Position numbers and translations under genes: made by a program
Source of the DNA: Planctomycetota bacterium
GTDB taxonomy: Bacteria > Planctomycetota > Planctomycetia > JALXBF01
Length of the DNA: 33,312 bases
Assembly: GCA_026991575.1 (NCBI GenBank)
Contig: JALXBF010000188.1
Location: 1-33,312 of the forward strand
Direction: 5' to 3'
Shown: positions 17,183-26,822 of the stretch, one piece after another
Layout: each line of letters opens with the position of its first letter
Numbering within the stretch: the stretch's first letter is position 1
Notes under the pieces: model-generated
Database searches by the model: none
What the model saw: the letters and a program-made list of their open reading frames with translations, nothing else
What the model was told of the DNA's origin: nothing

Positions 17183-17266
17183 GCAGATCTCCTCCCGGCA
17201 CAATGCGGGAAGCAAGGCGGTGGGTTCGGATGGCGTCCAGTCGTCTGGGTGGATCAACGCATGTTT

Positions 17267-17297
17267 ATTCTAGCAAGCCCCGCCCCTGCGGGTGCAA
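17267..17297 (-). promoter_or_regulatory. Putative sigma70 promoter (extended -10) for the 17182 gene
   Basis: Minus strand TTGCAC (17297-17292), N19, TAGAAT (17272-17267), with TG one base upstream of the -10 box. Confidence 0.5.
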
Positions 17298-17449
17298 GCC
17301 CAACCGGCCGCAAACGGCGCCTATGGAGACGCCCGATCGGCCCGATGTCGCACCGCGCCCAGGGAGGGACCGCGATGACGGTACGCCCCGACTTCCCCCC
17401 GAGGGTCTTCCTGTGCGGCCCGCATTGGCTCCGCGGCGCACAAAAAAAG

Positions 17450-17538
17450 CGGAGAGGGTGGGATTCGAACCCACGGGCCCCGAAAGTGGGGCCACCGGTT
17501 TTCGAAACCGGCCCAATCGGCCGCTCTGGCACCTCTCC
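17450..17538 (-). tRNA. tRNA-Ser (anticodon CGA)
   Basis: GGAGAGG/CCTCTCC acceptor stem, anticodon arm CCGGT-TTCGAAA-ACCGG, long variable arm GGCCCC..GGGGCC, GGTTCGAATCC T-loop and G discriminator. CCA is not encoded. Confidence 0.97.
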
Positions 17539-17642
17539 GTTGCGCTGAATTCTCCGGTGGAAACCGGTCCAGGTGAAGCCCTGGCGTAACCAGGATGCCA
17601 TCTGGTCGGCTCACACGCCAAGCGCCGCCCGACAGGCGACCG

Positions 17643-18311
17643 TTACTCTTCCTCCACCTCCTCGTCTGTCGGTTCCTCGAGCACCTGTTCCTCTTCTTCC
17701 TCAAGTTCTTCCTCAAGCTCTCCGCCAATGCCGCTCTCGGCGGTTGCTTCGGGCTCTTCTTCTTCAGCCAGTGCCTCCATCTCGACGGCGCGGCTCCAGG
17801 CGCTCGGGCCGGTGTATACCGAGCCTTCGCCGTACTCTTCCTCGTACTCAGCCTGGCATTTGACGCACAGCGTCGTGTACGGCAGGGCCTTCAGCCGCGC
17901 GGCCGGGATAGGCTGGCCACACTCTTCGCAGATGCCGTAGGTCCCTTCGCGAATCCGCTGCAGTGCGTGCTCAATTCTCCTCAGCTCCTGACTCTCCAAC
18001 TCCGCCAGCTGTGAATAAAGATCCTCCTGCATGATGTCCATTGCGACATCGGCGGAATCGCCCGTGGGGCTGGCGGCGTCCTTGCGTAGCGAGCCGATGC
18101 CGCCCTGCAGTTCGCGCAGCAGCTCTTCGCGCCGCTGCAGCAGCTGTTCTTCGAGCTTTTTCAGCTCGTCCTTACGGCGCTTGGCGGTCTTGCCCGCAGT
18201 CTTGTTACGAGCCGCCGGCGTCTTCTTCGCGCTGCGCGAGGCGCTGCTCTTGGCCGCTTTCTTCGCCCGGGTCGTCCCCTGCTTCTTCGTTGTCCGCTTC
18301 TTGGCGCTCAT
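17643..18311 (-). CDS. dksA: DksA/TraR family C4 zinc-finger transcription factor
   Basis: Coiled coil with DSADVA (DxxDxA) tip. YGICEECG..IP.ARL.ALP....CVKC zinc finger. K/A-rich N-terminus and acidic C-terminal tail. Start at ATG 18311 is inferred. Confidence 0.88.
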   Translation of the reverse strand: MSAKKRTTKKQGTTRAKKAAKSSASRSAKKTPAARNKTAGKTAKRRKDELKKLEEQLLQRREELLRELQGGIGSLRKDAASPTGDSADVAMDIMQEDLYSQLAELESQELRRIEHALQRIREGTYGICEECGQPIPAARLKALPYTTLCVKCQAEYEEEYGEGSVYTGPSAWSRAVEMEALAEEEEPEATAESGIGGELEEELEEEEEQVLEEPTDEEVEEE

Positions 18312-18432
18312 GGTGCCGCTCCTCGCGTTTGCGTTCCCGCCCTCTCCCTTCCGACTCCTCAGAAGGTGTTCTCGGTGACCAAGCCAAGTTCTGCAACTTC
18401 GACCACCAGCCTGCCGGATCGTTCCCTGCAGG

Positions 18433-19266
18433 CTAGCCGTCGGCCAGGCGGGCCAACTCGGCTGCCAATCGATTCGCAGAACTATACCTTTCTTCCGGTT
18501 GCTTTGCCAGTAGCCGGCGCACCAGTTCACGCACCTGCTGCCCCACGGCGGAGTCTCGGACAGCCGGGTCTGGTACAGGCCCGCGGGCGTGCAGGTAGAG
18601 CATCTCCATTTCGCTGCCGGCCTCGTACGGCAGCCGGCCTGTCAACAGCTGGAACAGCACGCAGCCCAGCGCGTAGAGGTCCGACTTCGGCGACCACTCT
18701 CCCGAGCCGTCGGCCAACTCCGGCGCCAAGAACGCCGCCGTGCCCGTCAGACGCTCAGGGGCTGGTCGAAGCGGCTCATCGCTTGGTATCGCCAGCCCGA
18801 AGTCGGCCACTTTAAGCCGCTCTGGGCCCGCTGCCATCAAGAGGTTCTCCGGCTTGATGTCCCGATGAATGACTCCCGCGGCATGAACGGCTGCAAGCCC
18901 TGCCGCGGCGGCCGCTGCCAGGCGCAGCGCCTCGCGGAGCGATGGTCGCCAACCCTCAGCCAGGACGTTCTCCAAGGTCTTCTGGGTCGACACCCACTCC
19001 ATGGCCACCAGGGCGCGGCCCGCATCGATCGGCGCCACCGCATAATGCCGTACGACGTTCGGGTGCTGGATAGCTAGCACGCGGTTCAGCGCGCGCAGGA
19101 GCCGCTGGCGGGCCTGGTCATCGGAGGGTAGATCGAGCAGCTTCAGCGCAACCGGCGTGCCGCTGGCTCGGTCCCGTGCTCGATAAACCTGTCCGCGGGC
19201 TCCTAACCCGATGAGCTCTTCGATTTCGTATCGCTCGAATTCGGGCCGATCAACGTCGTGTACCAC
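18433..19266 (-). CDS. Hanks-type Ser/Thr protein kinase, catalytic domain only
   Basis: GLGARGQVY, VALK, HRDIKPEN, DFG, GTAAFLAPE and SDLYALG motifs. Start uncertain (GTG 19266 chosen; ORF open to 19359). Confidence 0.88.
   Translation of the reverse strand: MVHDVDRPEFERYEIEELIGLGARGQVYRARDRASGTPVALKLLDLPSDDQARQRLLRALNRVLAIQHPNVVRHYAVAPIDAGRALVAMEWVSTQKTLENVLAEGWRPSLREALRLAAAAAAGLAAVHAAGVIHRDIKPENLLMAAGPERLKVADFGLAIPSDEPLRPAPERLTGTAAFLAPELADGSGEWSPKSDLYALGCVLFQLLTGRLPYEAGSEMEMLYLHARGPVPDPAVRDSAVGQQVRELVRRLLAKQPEERYSSANRLAAELARLADG
18481..18509 (-). promoter_or_regulatory. Putative sigma70 promoter for dksA, inside the kinase 3' end
   Basis: Minus strand TGGCAA (18509-18504), N17, TATAGT (18486-18481). 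Confidence 0.45.
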
Positions 19267-19395
19267 CGAATCTCTACGGTTCCCAGTACAGTGCCTTTCC
19301 GGCGCGGCGCCTGCGGATGCAGCACGTTGGCCCAGCCGCTTGCCGCCGCGACCGGCCATGCCATCTGGAAGGCGCGGCTCGGTTCGGCAACGGCG

Positions 19396-20661
19396 CTAGC
19401 CGGCTGCCGGGGCACGGCCGACGGTGGTGCTGCGTCGCCGGCCGGTCAGCCGTGCGAAGATGACCGCGGCTGCCAGCATTGCCAGGGCAAAGCCGGCGAT
19501 CACCAGGAAGACGGGGGCCAGCGATCCGGTCCGCTGCCAAACTTCCCCCGCGACTGATGATCCGAGCGCACCGACGCCAAAGCCGAGCACGAACTTCAGC
19601 GAGTAGTAGGTGCTCCGATGCCTGGCTGGTGTGACATGGGCGATAATCGCGTTTTCCACGGGCTGCTCGGCGAACTGAACCAGCGCCAGCAGCGACGCCG
19701 CCGCCACCGCAAGTGCCGTGGTGGGGGCCAGGGCTACGCCGATGGCTGCTGGGATCGACAGCGCGATGAGCAGGACGTAGAGCCGTTCGGGCCGCACCCG
19801 GTCCGCCCATCGCCCCCCAAAAAACTGCCCTACACTGCCCAGCGCAAGCGGCACCATGGTCAGCACAATCGCCGCCCACGCTCCGAGTGCCGAGGTGGCC
19901 AAGCTCTGCTTCAGCAGCGTCGGCAGCGCGGTCGTGAATGACCGGTAGCATAGTCCCCCCAGGAGCACGGCTGCGTATAGCGGCAGCAGGTAGCCGAGCA
20001 GTGAGCGGGTGGAGTCGGCCGGCTGCTCGCCGGGCTGCCGGGTACGGTCACTGCCTGGCCGGCGGCCACCGATGCCCCGTCCGGCACCGGAGCAGCTCAG
20101 CAGCAAGGCGGCAGCGCCGGCTACGGCCGCCACGGTCAGGTAGGCCCACCGCCAGTGCCCGAGCTGGGCCATCCACAGTCCGAACGCCGGGCCCACGGTG
20201 ATGCCTACGCTGCCGGCAACGCCGTGGATTCCCATGGCACGCCCCTTGCGTCGGCAGCCAAGCGACAGCAGGGCGAGCCCGGCCGGATGGTATAGACTCA
20301 CTGCTGCCCCCATGACGGTCAGTCCGGCAACCAGTCCCCAGACGCTACCGCTTGCCGCGCACCAGAGCCCTGCGCCGGCGACGGCCGCGAAGTACGCGAT
20401 CAGGATCGCACGGGGGGAGTAGCGGTCGGTTAGCAGGCCGGCCGGGATGGCACCCACGCCCATGAGGATCCAGCCCACGACGGGGATCGCGGTGGCCAGC
20501 CGTTTCGACAGCGCGAACTCCTGTTGCACCGCCACCAGCACCCCAGTGAACAGCAACTCCGCTATATGGCACAGCGCGTGACCGGTGCTGGCCAACACAA
20601 TCAGCGGCCATTCTGCGGACCGAGTCGGTGTTCCGGTCGCAGGTTCCTGGACCAACGTCAT
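19396..20661 (-). CDS. MFS transporter
   Basis: About 12 hydrophobic segments. Motif A-like GLLTDRYSPR and GRWADRVRP. YHPAG motif. Confidence 0.9.
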   Translation of the reverse strand: MTLVQEPATGTPTRSAEWPLIVLASTGHALCHIAELLFTGVLVAVQQEFALSKRLATAIPVVGWILMGVGAIPAGLLTDRYSPRAILIAYFAAVAGAGLWCAASGSVWGLVAGLTVMGAAVSLYHPAGLALLSLGCRRKGRAMGIHGVAGSVGITVGPAFGLWMAQLGHWRWAYLTVAAVAGAAALLLSCSGAGRGIGGRRPGSDRTRQPGEQPADSTRSLLGYLLPLYAAVLLGGLCYRSFTTALPTLLKQSLATSALGAWAAIVLTMVPLALGSVGQFFGGRWADRVRPERLYVLLIALSIPAAIGVALAPTTALAVAAASLLALVQFAEQPVENAIIAHVTPARHRSTYYSLKFVLGFGVGALGSSVAGEVWQRTGSLAPVFLVIAGFALAMLAAAVIFARLTGRRRSTTVGRAPAAG

Positions 20662-20678
20662 GATGGCATGTTCTCCGT

Positions 20679-21173
20679 TCAGCGGCGCTCGCGGAAGAAG
20701 CGGCGCAGCAACTCAGCCGCCTCCTCAGCAAGCACACCGCCTCGAAGCTCAGCTCTGTGGTTCAGCCGGGGGTCGTTCACCAGACGGTACAGCGACTCGC
20801 ACGCGCCTGCTTTCGGATCGCGTGCTCCGTAGACGACCCGAGCGATGCGCGCCTGGACGATCGCCCCGGCGCACATCGGACAAGGCTCCAGGGTGACGTA
20901 CAACGTACAGCCTTCCAGGCGCCAGTCGTTGCGGGCGGCGGCCGCCTGAGTGATCGCGATCATTTCCGCGTGAGCGGTCGGATCACGTAACTGCTCGCGC
21001 TGGTTGTGCGCTGCCGCAAGGAGGCGGTCTCCCTGAACGATGACGGCCCCGACCGGCACCTCTCCCTCAGCCATGGCCGCTTCCGCCTCGCGTAGCGCCA
21101 GCCGCATGTAGTACTCGTCACGCTCGTGCCGCTGCTTGTCCCGCTCCGCGCCGTTGCGGCCGTTCTCCCTCAT
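20679..21173 (-). CDS. tadA: tRNA-specific adenosine(34) deaminase
   Basis: [25 protein letters not shown] and DPKAGA motifs. Confidence 0.93.
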   Translation of the reverse strand: MRENGRNGAERDKQRHERDEYYMRLALREAEAAMAEGEVPVGAVIVQGDRLLAAAHNQREQLRDPTAHAEMIAITQAAAARNDWRLEGCTLYVTLEPCPMCAGAIVQARIARVVYGARDPKAGACESLYRLVNDPRLNHRAELRGGVLAEEAAELLRRFFRERR

Positions 21174-21185
21174 CGGGCACTAACC

Positions 21186-22112
21186 CTACTCGTTTCCGAT
21201 GCCCCGAAGAAACAGCTCCACGAACTGCACCACCGCCAGCCGTTCCACTCGCTGCTGCGGATCAAATCCGATCGCTTTCAGCCGTTCGGCAGCGTCGTGG
21301 ATGCCAAGCAGCTCACGGCACGCGGTTGCCAGTTGTTTGCGGCGTCCGGCCCAGAGCCGATGCACGAACCTGCGAAACGCCTCCCGATCAGCGATCCTGC
21401 CGTAGCGTTCCTGAGCCGGTTCGATCAACAGCATGGCCGACTGAACATCGGGCTTGGGCCAGAAGACCGACCGGCTCAGCCGCCGCAGGATCCGGACCTG
21501 CGCAACGGCTTGCACCAGCACCGAGACGGCGCCGTAGTCCGGATCGCTCGGCCCAGCCGCCATCTTCTCAGCCAGCTCCCGCTGGACCGTTACCACGAAT
21601 CGCTGCCACCGCTCGGCCTCGGCATACAGCAGGTTGAGGATGAAAGGCGTGGCGATGCTGTACGGCAGGTTCGCCACCAACTTCCGTGTGCTGCAATCAT
21701 AGCGCCGGTAGCAAACGTCCACTGCCGCGGTCAGCAACGGGTGGATCCGGTGCTTGCCCTGCAAGGCGTCGGTGCAGAGGACCAGGACGTTCGCTCGCGT
21801 AGCGAGTACGTCGCGGCGAGCCAGGTCGTACAGTCGCGGGTCGATCTCGACGGTTACCAGCACGCGGGCCCCGTCGGCCAGAAGCTCGCTCAGCGAGCCG
21901 GTCCCCGTGCCCACTTCCAGCACCAGCTCCGTGCCGTCCAGTTCCGCATGCTGGACAAGCAAGCCAAGCAGGTTCAGGTCGATCAGGAAGCACTGCCCCA
22001 GCGACTTGCTCGGGCGGATCCCGCGCGCAGCAAGCAACTCCTGGACGCGCCGCCGTGTCTGGCCTCTTGTCGATCCTGTCTCCTGTGACACGTTACCTCG
22101 CCGTCTGCTCAC
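21186..22112 (-). CDS. rsmA: 16S rRNA m6,2A1518/1519 dimethyltransferase
   Basis: KSLGQCFL, VLEVGTGTGSL, VANLPY, VQRELA and FWPKPDVQS motifs. Exact start uncertain. Confidence 0.93.
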   Translation of the reverse strand: MSRRRGNVSQETGSTRGQTRRRVQELLAARGIRPSKSLGQCFLIDLNLLGLLVQHAELDGTELVLEVGTGTGSLSELLADGARVLVTVEIDPRLYDLARRDVLATRANVLVLCTDALQGKHRIHPLLTAAVDVCYRRYDCSTRKLVANLPYSIATPFILNLLYAEAERWQRFVVTVQRELAEKMAAGPSDPDYGAVSVLVQAVAQVRILRRLSRSVFWPKPDVQSAMLLIEPAQERYGRIADREAFRRFVHRLWAGRRKQLATACRELLGIHDAAERLKAIGFDPQQRVERLAVVQFVELFLRGIGNE

Positions 22113-22275
22113 CCACTCAGGACTGGCAAGCGCTCATCGACTGGGCGCCACCGGCAGCCTAGCACGGGGGGACCGTGAGGATCGAGGGCTCTCGTTGGCT
22201 GATGGCCACGACCGGGATGCGAACGGCTCGGCCGCGGCGGCAGCCGCGGAAGCTGGAGCCAGAACCACGCTGTGG

Positions 22276-22878
22276 TCAGCGTCCCAGGTCCAGCTCACGC
22301 ACGAGCCGCAGGACGTACTTGCCCAGTACGTCGGTTTCGATGTTGACCCGGGCCCCCTCCGGCTTGCTGCCCAGCGTCGTAACCGCAAGCGTATGCGGAA
22401 TCAACGCTACCGAGAAGCGATCCTGTTCCAGATCGACGATCGTCAGGCTGACACCGTCCACGGCGACAGAGCCTTTGCGCACCATTTCCAACGCAAGCTC
22501 CGGTGGCACGCGGAACCAGACCCGTTCGTATTCCCCTTCTTGGTGTCGCCGCTCGAGCACGCCCACGCCATCGACGTGACCCAGCACGAAGTGTCCGCCA
22601 AGCGGGTCCCCCACACGGAGAGCCTGTTCCAGGTTGACCACATCGCCGGGTTGCAGTTCTCCCAGCGTGGTACGCTGAAGCGTTTCAGGGCTGAGGTCGA
22701 AAGTGAGCTTATCGCCGTGACGTTCGACCACTGTCAGGCACACGCCACTGACTGCAACCGAGTCGCCAATGCGTTGACGTTCGCCCAGCGGTCCGGCGGC
22801 CACGACCAGCCGGCTGCCGTGCCCGGCAGGCTCGTGCGCAACAACCGTGCCCATCCGCTCCACAATACCCGTGAACAT
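22276..22878 (-). CDS. ribE: Riboflavin synthase (alpha chain)
   Basis: MFTGIVE N-terminus, GDSVAVSGVCLTV, VNLE, GGHFVLGHVD, GSVAVDGVSLT and VNIETD. Confidence 0.96.
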   Translation of the reverse strand: MFTGIVERMGTVVAHEPAGHGSRLVVAAGPLGERQRIGDSVAVSGVCLTVVERHGDKLTFDLSPETLQRTTLGELQPGDVVNLEQALRVGDPLGGHFVLGHVDGVGVLERRHQEGEYERVWFRVPPELALEMVRKGSVAVDGVSLTIVDLEQDRFSVALIPHTLAVTTLGSKPEGARVNIETDVLGKYVLRLVRELDLGR

Positions 22879-23032
22879 CGCCCGCTACTCCTTACGATCG
22901 CCGCGACGCAGTGCATGGGGGGTTCACTCTAACCGAACTGTATCCCGGCCCGGCCACTGGTGAAGAGCGTCTCGACCGGCTATAGTGGTTGGCTAACCAA
23001 GGCTCGACGAGGTGCAAGTCGGAGAGGGAAGA

Positions 23033-24730
23033 GTGGTGAGTGCGCACGAGGGTGTCACGTTCCGAGGGAGCCTGACCCGCGGTCGGTCCGTCGCGGCGGC
23101 CTGCTGGATCGGTCTGTTCACGGCAGCGGCGATCGTCCGCTTCGCCTCGCTCGATGTCCGCACGCTATGGTACGACGAGGTGGCTTCGTGGCGTACGCAG
23201 TCGTTCTCGGTGGCCGAGATGCTGCGAAGCTGCCGTATGAACGTGCATCCCCCGGGCTATTTCCTGCTGCTGAAAGCAACCGTGGCCGTACTCGGTGACA
23301 GCCCGTGGGTGATGCGCGGTTTCTCCGGGATCTGTTCCCTGCTTGCGATGCTCTACGCCGCGCTTCTGGCATATCGCTTCGGACCCAACCTGAACGGGCA
23401 CCGGGCGTGGGCGGCGGCGTGTGCGTTGGCAGCCAGTCCCGTGATGATCCTCTATGCGCGTGAGGTGCGGATGTACGCGCTGGGAACGTTGGTGTGCCTG
23501 GGCGGCAGCTACCATGCCCTGCGCGGGGTGACCGAGGAGAACGACCGGCACCTGCTGGCCGGGTCGCTCTGGTTTGCCTTCGGCTGCTACGTGCACAACT
23601 ACCTGTTGTTCCACGCCTACGCGTTCGGACTCGTCGCCACCTACGAGGCGGCGTTCAGGCGTCGCTGGCGTTGGCTCGTTCTCGCCGCGTTGCCGGCAGT
23701 GATCTACCTGCCGTGGGTCGGGGCGCTGTTGAAGCAGACGAGTCAGGTGGCCCAGGACTACTGGATTCTGGCGCCAACATGGGTCTCAGTCGGCGAGATG
23801 TTCTGGCAGCTCTGGTGCGGTGACCTGGGCCAGCAGGGTCTGGCCGAAGCGATTGCCGGCTACGCCATGACGGCTCTGCTACTGGCCGTGGCGTTGTGCT
23901 CAGGGCCTCTGGGTCGTTTTGCTGCGCTGCAGTTCCTCTGCGCGTTTGGTATCGCGCTGGCACTATCGATCTGGTGGAAACCGATCCTGTTTGTCCGCTA
24001 CCTGGTTCCGGCATTCGCGGTGTTGTTGACCGCAGCGTTTGCCACCTGGCTGGTTACCCCACGCTGGGACGTCCTCGGCTGGCTGCCGGTCTCATGGCTC
24101 GTGTTGTTCTTCGCCGCGTGGATCTGGCAGCTCTGGCCTCAGTGGACGCTGGACGGGCAGAAAGGGCTGCAGGGGGCCGTGCAGCATGTGCGGAGTCGCC
24201 GCAGTGAAGGGGAGCTGGTCGTGTCCGACAACGTCTTCATTGTGCTGCCCTGGATGTACTACGACCGGGACGGTCAGGTCTACCTGTACCGTCCGTCGGG
24301 ATACGAGCGGATGCGGCACTATCTGGGCAAGGCGCTGTTCCGGCCCGAGGAGGTGCTTAGCATGGAGCAGATGAAGCAAAAGATGACCGAAGCGTCGGGG
24401 ATCTGGGAGGCCGGGCCAAGCATGGTTACGATGCTGTTGGGCGACGATTTCGTGTTGGTCACAGACGAGACACGTTCCTTCCTGGGCGATTCGTTTCCCC
24501 CGGCGCCCTTCATGCGCGAATTCGTCGTGCAGCACTGGCGTCGCGGTGAGCAGAGCGAGGGGCCGACCGGATCAGGATCCGAGCAGCACCGCGGCCAGCG
24601 TGGCGGTACCGACCAAGGCGCAGTAGACGGCGAACGGCAGCAAGGATCGGGCGGGGACCAAGCGCAGCAGCCAGCGCAGCGCCCAGAACCCGGACAGGAA
24701 CGCAGCCAGGAAGCCGACGGCCAGCGGTAG
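23033..24730 (+). CDS. GT-C fold membrane glycosyltransferase (GT39/ArnT-PMT-like)
   Basis: First TM followed by LWYDE, then HPPGYF, EVRMY and RYL motifs, many TM helices and a soluble C-terminal domain. Start GTG 23033 or 23036 is inferred. Confidence 0.85.
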   Translation: MVSAHEGVTFRGSLTRGRSVAAACWIGLFTAAAIVRFASLDVRTLWYDEVASWRTQSFSVAEMLRSCRMNVHPPGYFLLLKATVAVLGDSPWVMRGFSGICSLLAMLYAALLAYRFGPNLNGHRAWAAACALAASPVMILYAREVRMYALGTLVCLGGSYHALRGVTEENDRHLLAGSLWFAFGCYVHNYLLFHAYAFGLVATYEAAFRRRWRWLVLAALPAVIYLPWVGALLKQTSQVAQDYWILAPTWVSVGEMFWQLWCGDLGQQGLAEAIAGYAMTALLLAVALCSGPLGRFAALQFLCAFGIALALSIWWKPILFVRYLVPAFAVLLTAAFATWLVTPRWDVLGWLPVSWLVLFFAAWIWQLWPQWTLDGQKGLQGAVQHVRSRRSEGELVVSDNVFIVLPWMYYDRDGQVYLYRPSGYERMRHYLGKALFRPEEVLSMEQMKQKMTEASGIWEAGPSMVTMLLGDDFVLVTDETRSFLGDSFPPAPFMREFVVQHWRRGEQSEGPTGSGSEQHRGQRGGTDQGAVDGERQQGSGGDQAQQPAQRPEPGQERSQEADGQR

Positions 24731-25354
24731 CGGTCGGAGCGCGGCGGTGGAGTGAGCGTAGAACTGAGGCAACTCGAACACGAACGCGCCGCCGATGACC
24801 GGAATGGCAACCAGGAAGCTGTAGTATGCGGCTACGGGCCGAGCCGTGCCGAGTAGCAGGGCTGCTGCGATCGTGATCCCGGACCGCGATATGCCGGGCA
24901 GCAGGGCAAGGGATTGTGCCAGGCCCACGAGGAATGCCGTCCGTAGTGACATTTGCGGTCGGGGGCTGGTGCAGCGAGCCAGGGTCCACTCGCCCAAAGC
25001 CAGGGCAGCGGCTGTGACCAGAAAGCAGGTGCCAACGACAGCGGTTGATTCAAACGCTTCGTGGACGTAGGGGCGAACCAGCAGGCCGATCACTGCGGTA
25101 GGCAGGAAGCCGGCAAGGACCAGCAGGATCAGGGCACGATCGCCCCGGGCCATCCGCCACAGTTCCGCACGGTAGACCCAAACGACGGCCAGCAGCGTGG
25201 CACCATGCAGCCAGAGCGTGAGCCCGAGCTGGCTGTCGGTGATGCCGAGGTAGTGGGCGGCCAGCGCAAGGTGGCCGGAGCTGGAGACGGGTAGGAATTC
25301 GGTTAGCCCCTGGACGAGGCCCAGCAGCAGCGCTTTGACGGTGTCGGTCAGCAA
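24572..25354 (-). CDS. uppP: Undecaprenyl-diphosphate phosphatase (BacA)
   Basis: GLVQGLTEFLPVSSSGH and Q.LALLPGISRSG.T motifs. TTG start at 25354 with GGAG RBS. Confidence 0.94.
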   Translation of the reverse strand: MLTDTVKALLLGLVQGLTEFLPVSSSGHLALAAHYLGITDSQLGLTLWLHGATLLAVVWVYRAELWRMARGDRALILLVLAGFLPTAVIGLLVRPYVHEAFESTAVVGTCFLVTAAALALGEWTLARCTSPRPQMSLRTAFLVGLAQSLALLPGISRSGITIAAALLLGTARPVAAYYSFLVAIPVIGGAFVFELPQFYAHSTAALRPLPLAVGFLAAFLSGFWALRWLLRLVPARSLLPFAVYCALVGTATLAAVLLGS

Positions 25355-25475
25355 CGGGCCGTTCTCCGTGCACCACCACCTGCTAACCCCTCTGAAGCGT
25401 AGCATGCCGTACGTCGCTGCGTAGCGGGAGTTGACCGGGCTCGGTCCGATAGGGAAGCAAGCGTAAAACGGCCGC

Positions 25476-26786
25476 TCAGCGAACCAGCTCCTCCTTGCGA
25501 CGCCGCCGTTGAGCGTCGGCCAGCAGCCGGATGCACTCGGCAAACTCGCGAACCGCCTCCGGGCTCTTTCCCTCCTCGAGGAACTGGCGGAACCGATCGC
25601 GGTGGCTGTAGTACTCGTCCCATTCGACCTGCCAGCCCTGACCGATCGCCTCGTCACGCACTTCTTCCAACCACTGCAGCCACGGTCGGAGGAACTCGGG
25701 GGTCAGTTCGAAGTCGAACCGCGTGTACGGCTCGCTGTGCAGGATCCGCTGGCGTACGTTGCACCAGCTTGCCGTCACGCGTGACAGCGCCAGCGCACCG
25801 GCGCCGAGTGCCGCAAGCGCCAGCCCACAGATCAGCGGCACGTACCAGCTGCTCCATGCGATCCACCGAAGCACCACGCCCGCAGCCAGCGAAATGCCTC
25901 CAGTCACCAGTGCCCACATGCCGCCGCGATGCAGGCCGACCGGGTCGAGCAGGTAGCGGAAAGCGAGCCGTAGGGCCCAGCGACGCAGCCGCGTGCCCAG
26001 CCCCTCGCGGCCCCGCTTGCCGAAGGACCGCGTTGCCCGCACGATCATCACCGTGATGTTGTCGGTACCGCCACGGAGGTTGGCCAGGTCGATGAGCCGG
26101 TCGACGGCCTCTTCCTCGGGCAGGACCGAGGCAAGAATGGCAATCTCCGGTGCATGCACCAGCCCGCTGAGCCCGTCGCTGCACAGCACGAAGACGTCCC
26201 CCTCCTGCACCTCATACGGCCCTTCCACGTCGACCTGCACCTCGGGCTCAGGGCCGAGGCTGCGGGTGATGACGTTGGACGGTACCAGTGAGCGTGCTTG
26301 TTCTTCGGTCAGATCCTGGCGACGGATCAGCTCCCAGGTGAGGCTGTGGTCGCAGGAGAGCTGCTCGATCTTGTTGCCACGGATTCGGTATGCCCGGCTG
26401 TCGCCGACGTGACCGATGATGGCTCCCAGCGGGCTGAGTACCAGAGCGGTGGCCGTGGTGCCCATGCCATGAAAGTCAGGATTTGCCCGGCCGCGCTGAT
26501 GGATCGTCCGATTCGCTTCGGTGAACGACTCTTCCAGCGCATCCAGCGGATCGAGGTGTTGTAGTTTTCGATAGGTGTGTACGATGGTCTTGGCGGCCAG
26601 CTGTGAGGCCAGCTCGCCTACTGCGTGTGCTCCCATGCCGTCGGCCACAACGAAGACGTGCCCCCGCGTCTCCCAGTCCCTTGCCGAGCTTGCCGGGGAC
26701 GTCAGCAAGAAGTCCTGGTTATTGGGCCGACGCATGCCGACGTCGGTCTTACCAGCAAATTGGACGACGTCCTGTGCGGCGGTCAC
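25476..26786 (-). CDS. PP2C/PPM-family Ser/Thr protein phosphatase with two C-terminal TM helices
   Basis: GMRRPNNQD, VADGMG, GMGTT, HVGDSRAY, DHS, NVITRSLG, CSDGL and GGTDNIT motifs. Confidence 0.92.
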   Translation of the reverse strand: MTAAQDVVQFAGKTDVGMRRPNNQDFLLTSPASSARDWETRGHVFVVADGMGAHAVGELASQLAAKTIVHTYRKLQHLDPLDALEESFTEANRTIHQRGRANPDFHGMGTTATALVLSPLGAIIGHVGDSRAYRIRGNKIEQLSCDHSLTWELIRRQDLTEEQARSLVPSNVITRSLGPEPEVQVDVEGPYEVQEGDVFVLCSDGLSGLVHAPEIAILASVLPEEEAVDRLIDLANLRGGTDNITVMIVRATRSFGKRGREGLGTRLRRWALRLAFRYLLDPVGLHRGGMWALVTGGISLAAGVVLRWIAWSSWYVPLICGLALAALGAGALALSRVTASWCNVRQRILHSEPYTRFDFELTPEFLRPWLQWLEEVRDEAIGQGWQVEWDEYYSHRDRFRQFLEEGKSPEAVREFAECIRLLADAQRRRRKEELVR

Positions 26787-26822
26787 GGTATCGATGGTAC
26801 CTCTGTAGCGATTTTATCGATC

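Noticed and set aside
17412..17448. Hairpin TGTGCG...CGCACA next to an A7 run as an intrinsic terminator
   Set aside because: On the tRNA strand the U-tract precedes rather than follows the hairpin, so it is not canonical. It may be a processing signal, but this is unsupported.
3230..17449. DUF cluster as a genomic island integrated at tRNA-Ser
   Set aside because: No integrase, no duplicated tRNA 3' end found on the far side, and no obvious compositional shift by eye. The 9-bp CGGAGAGGG match at about 23020 is on the wrong side and is likely chance.
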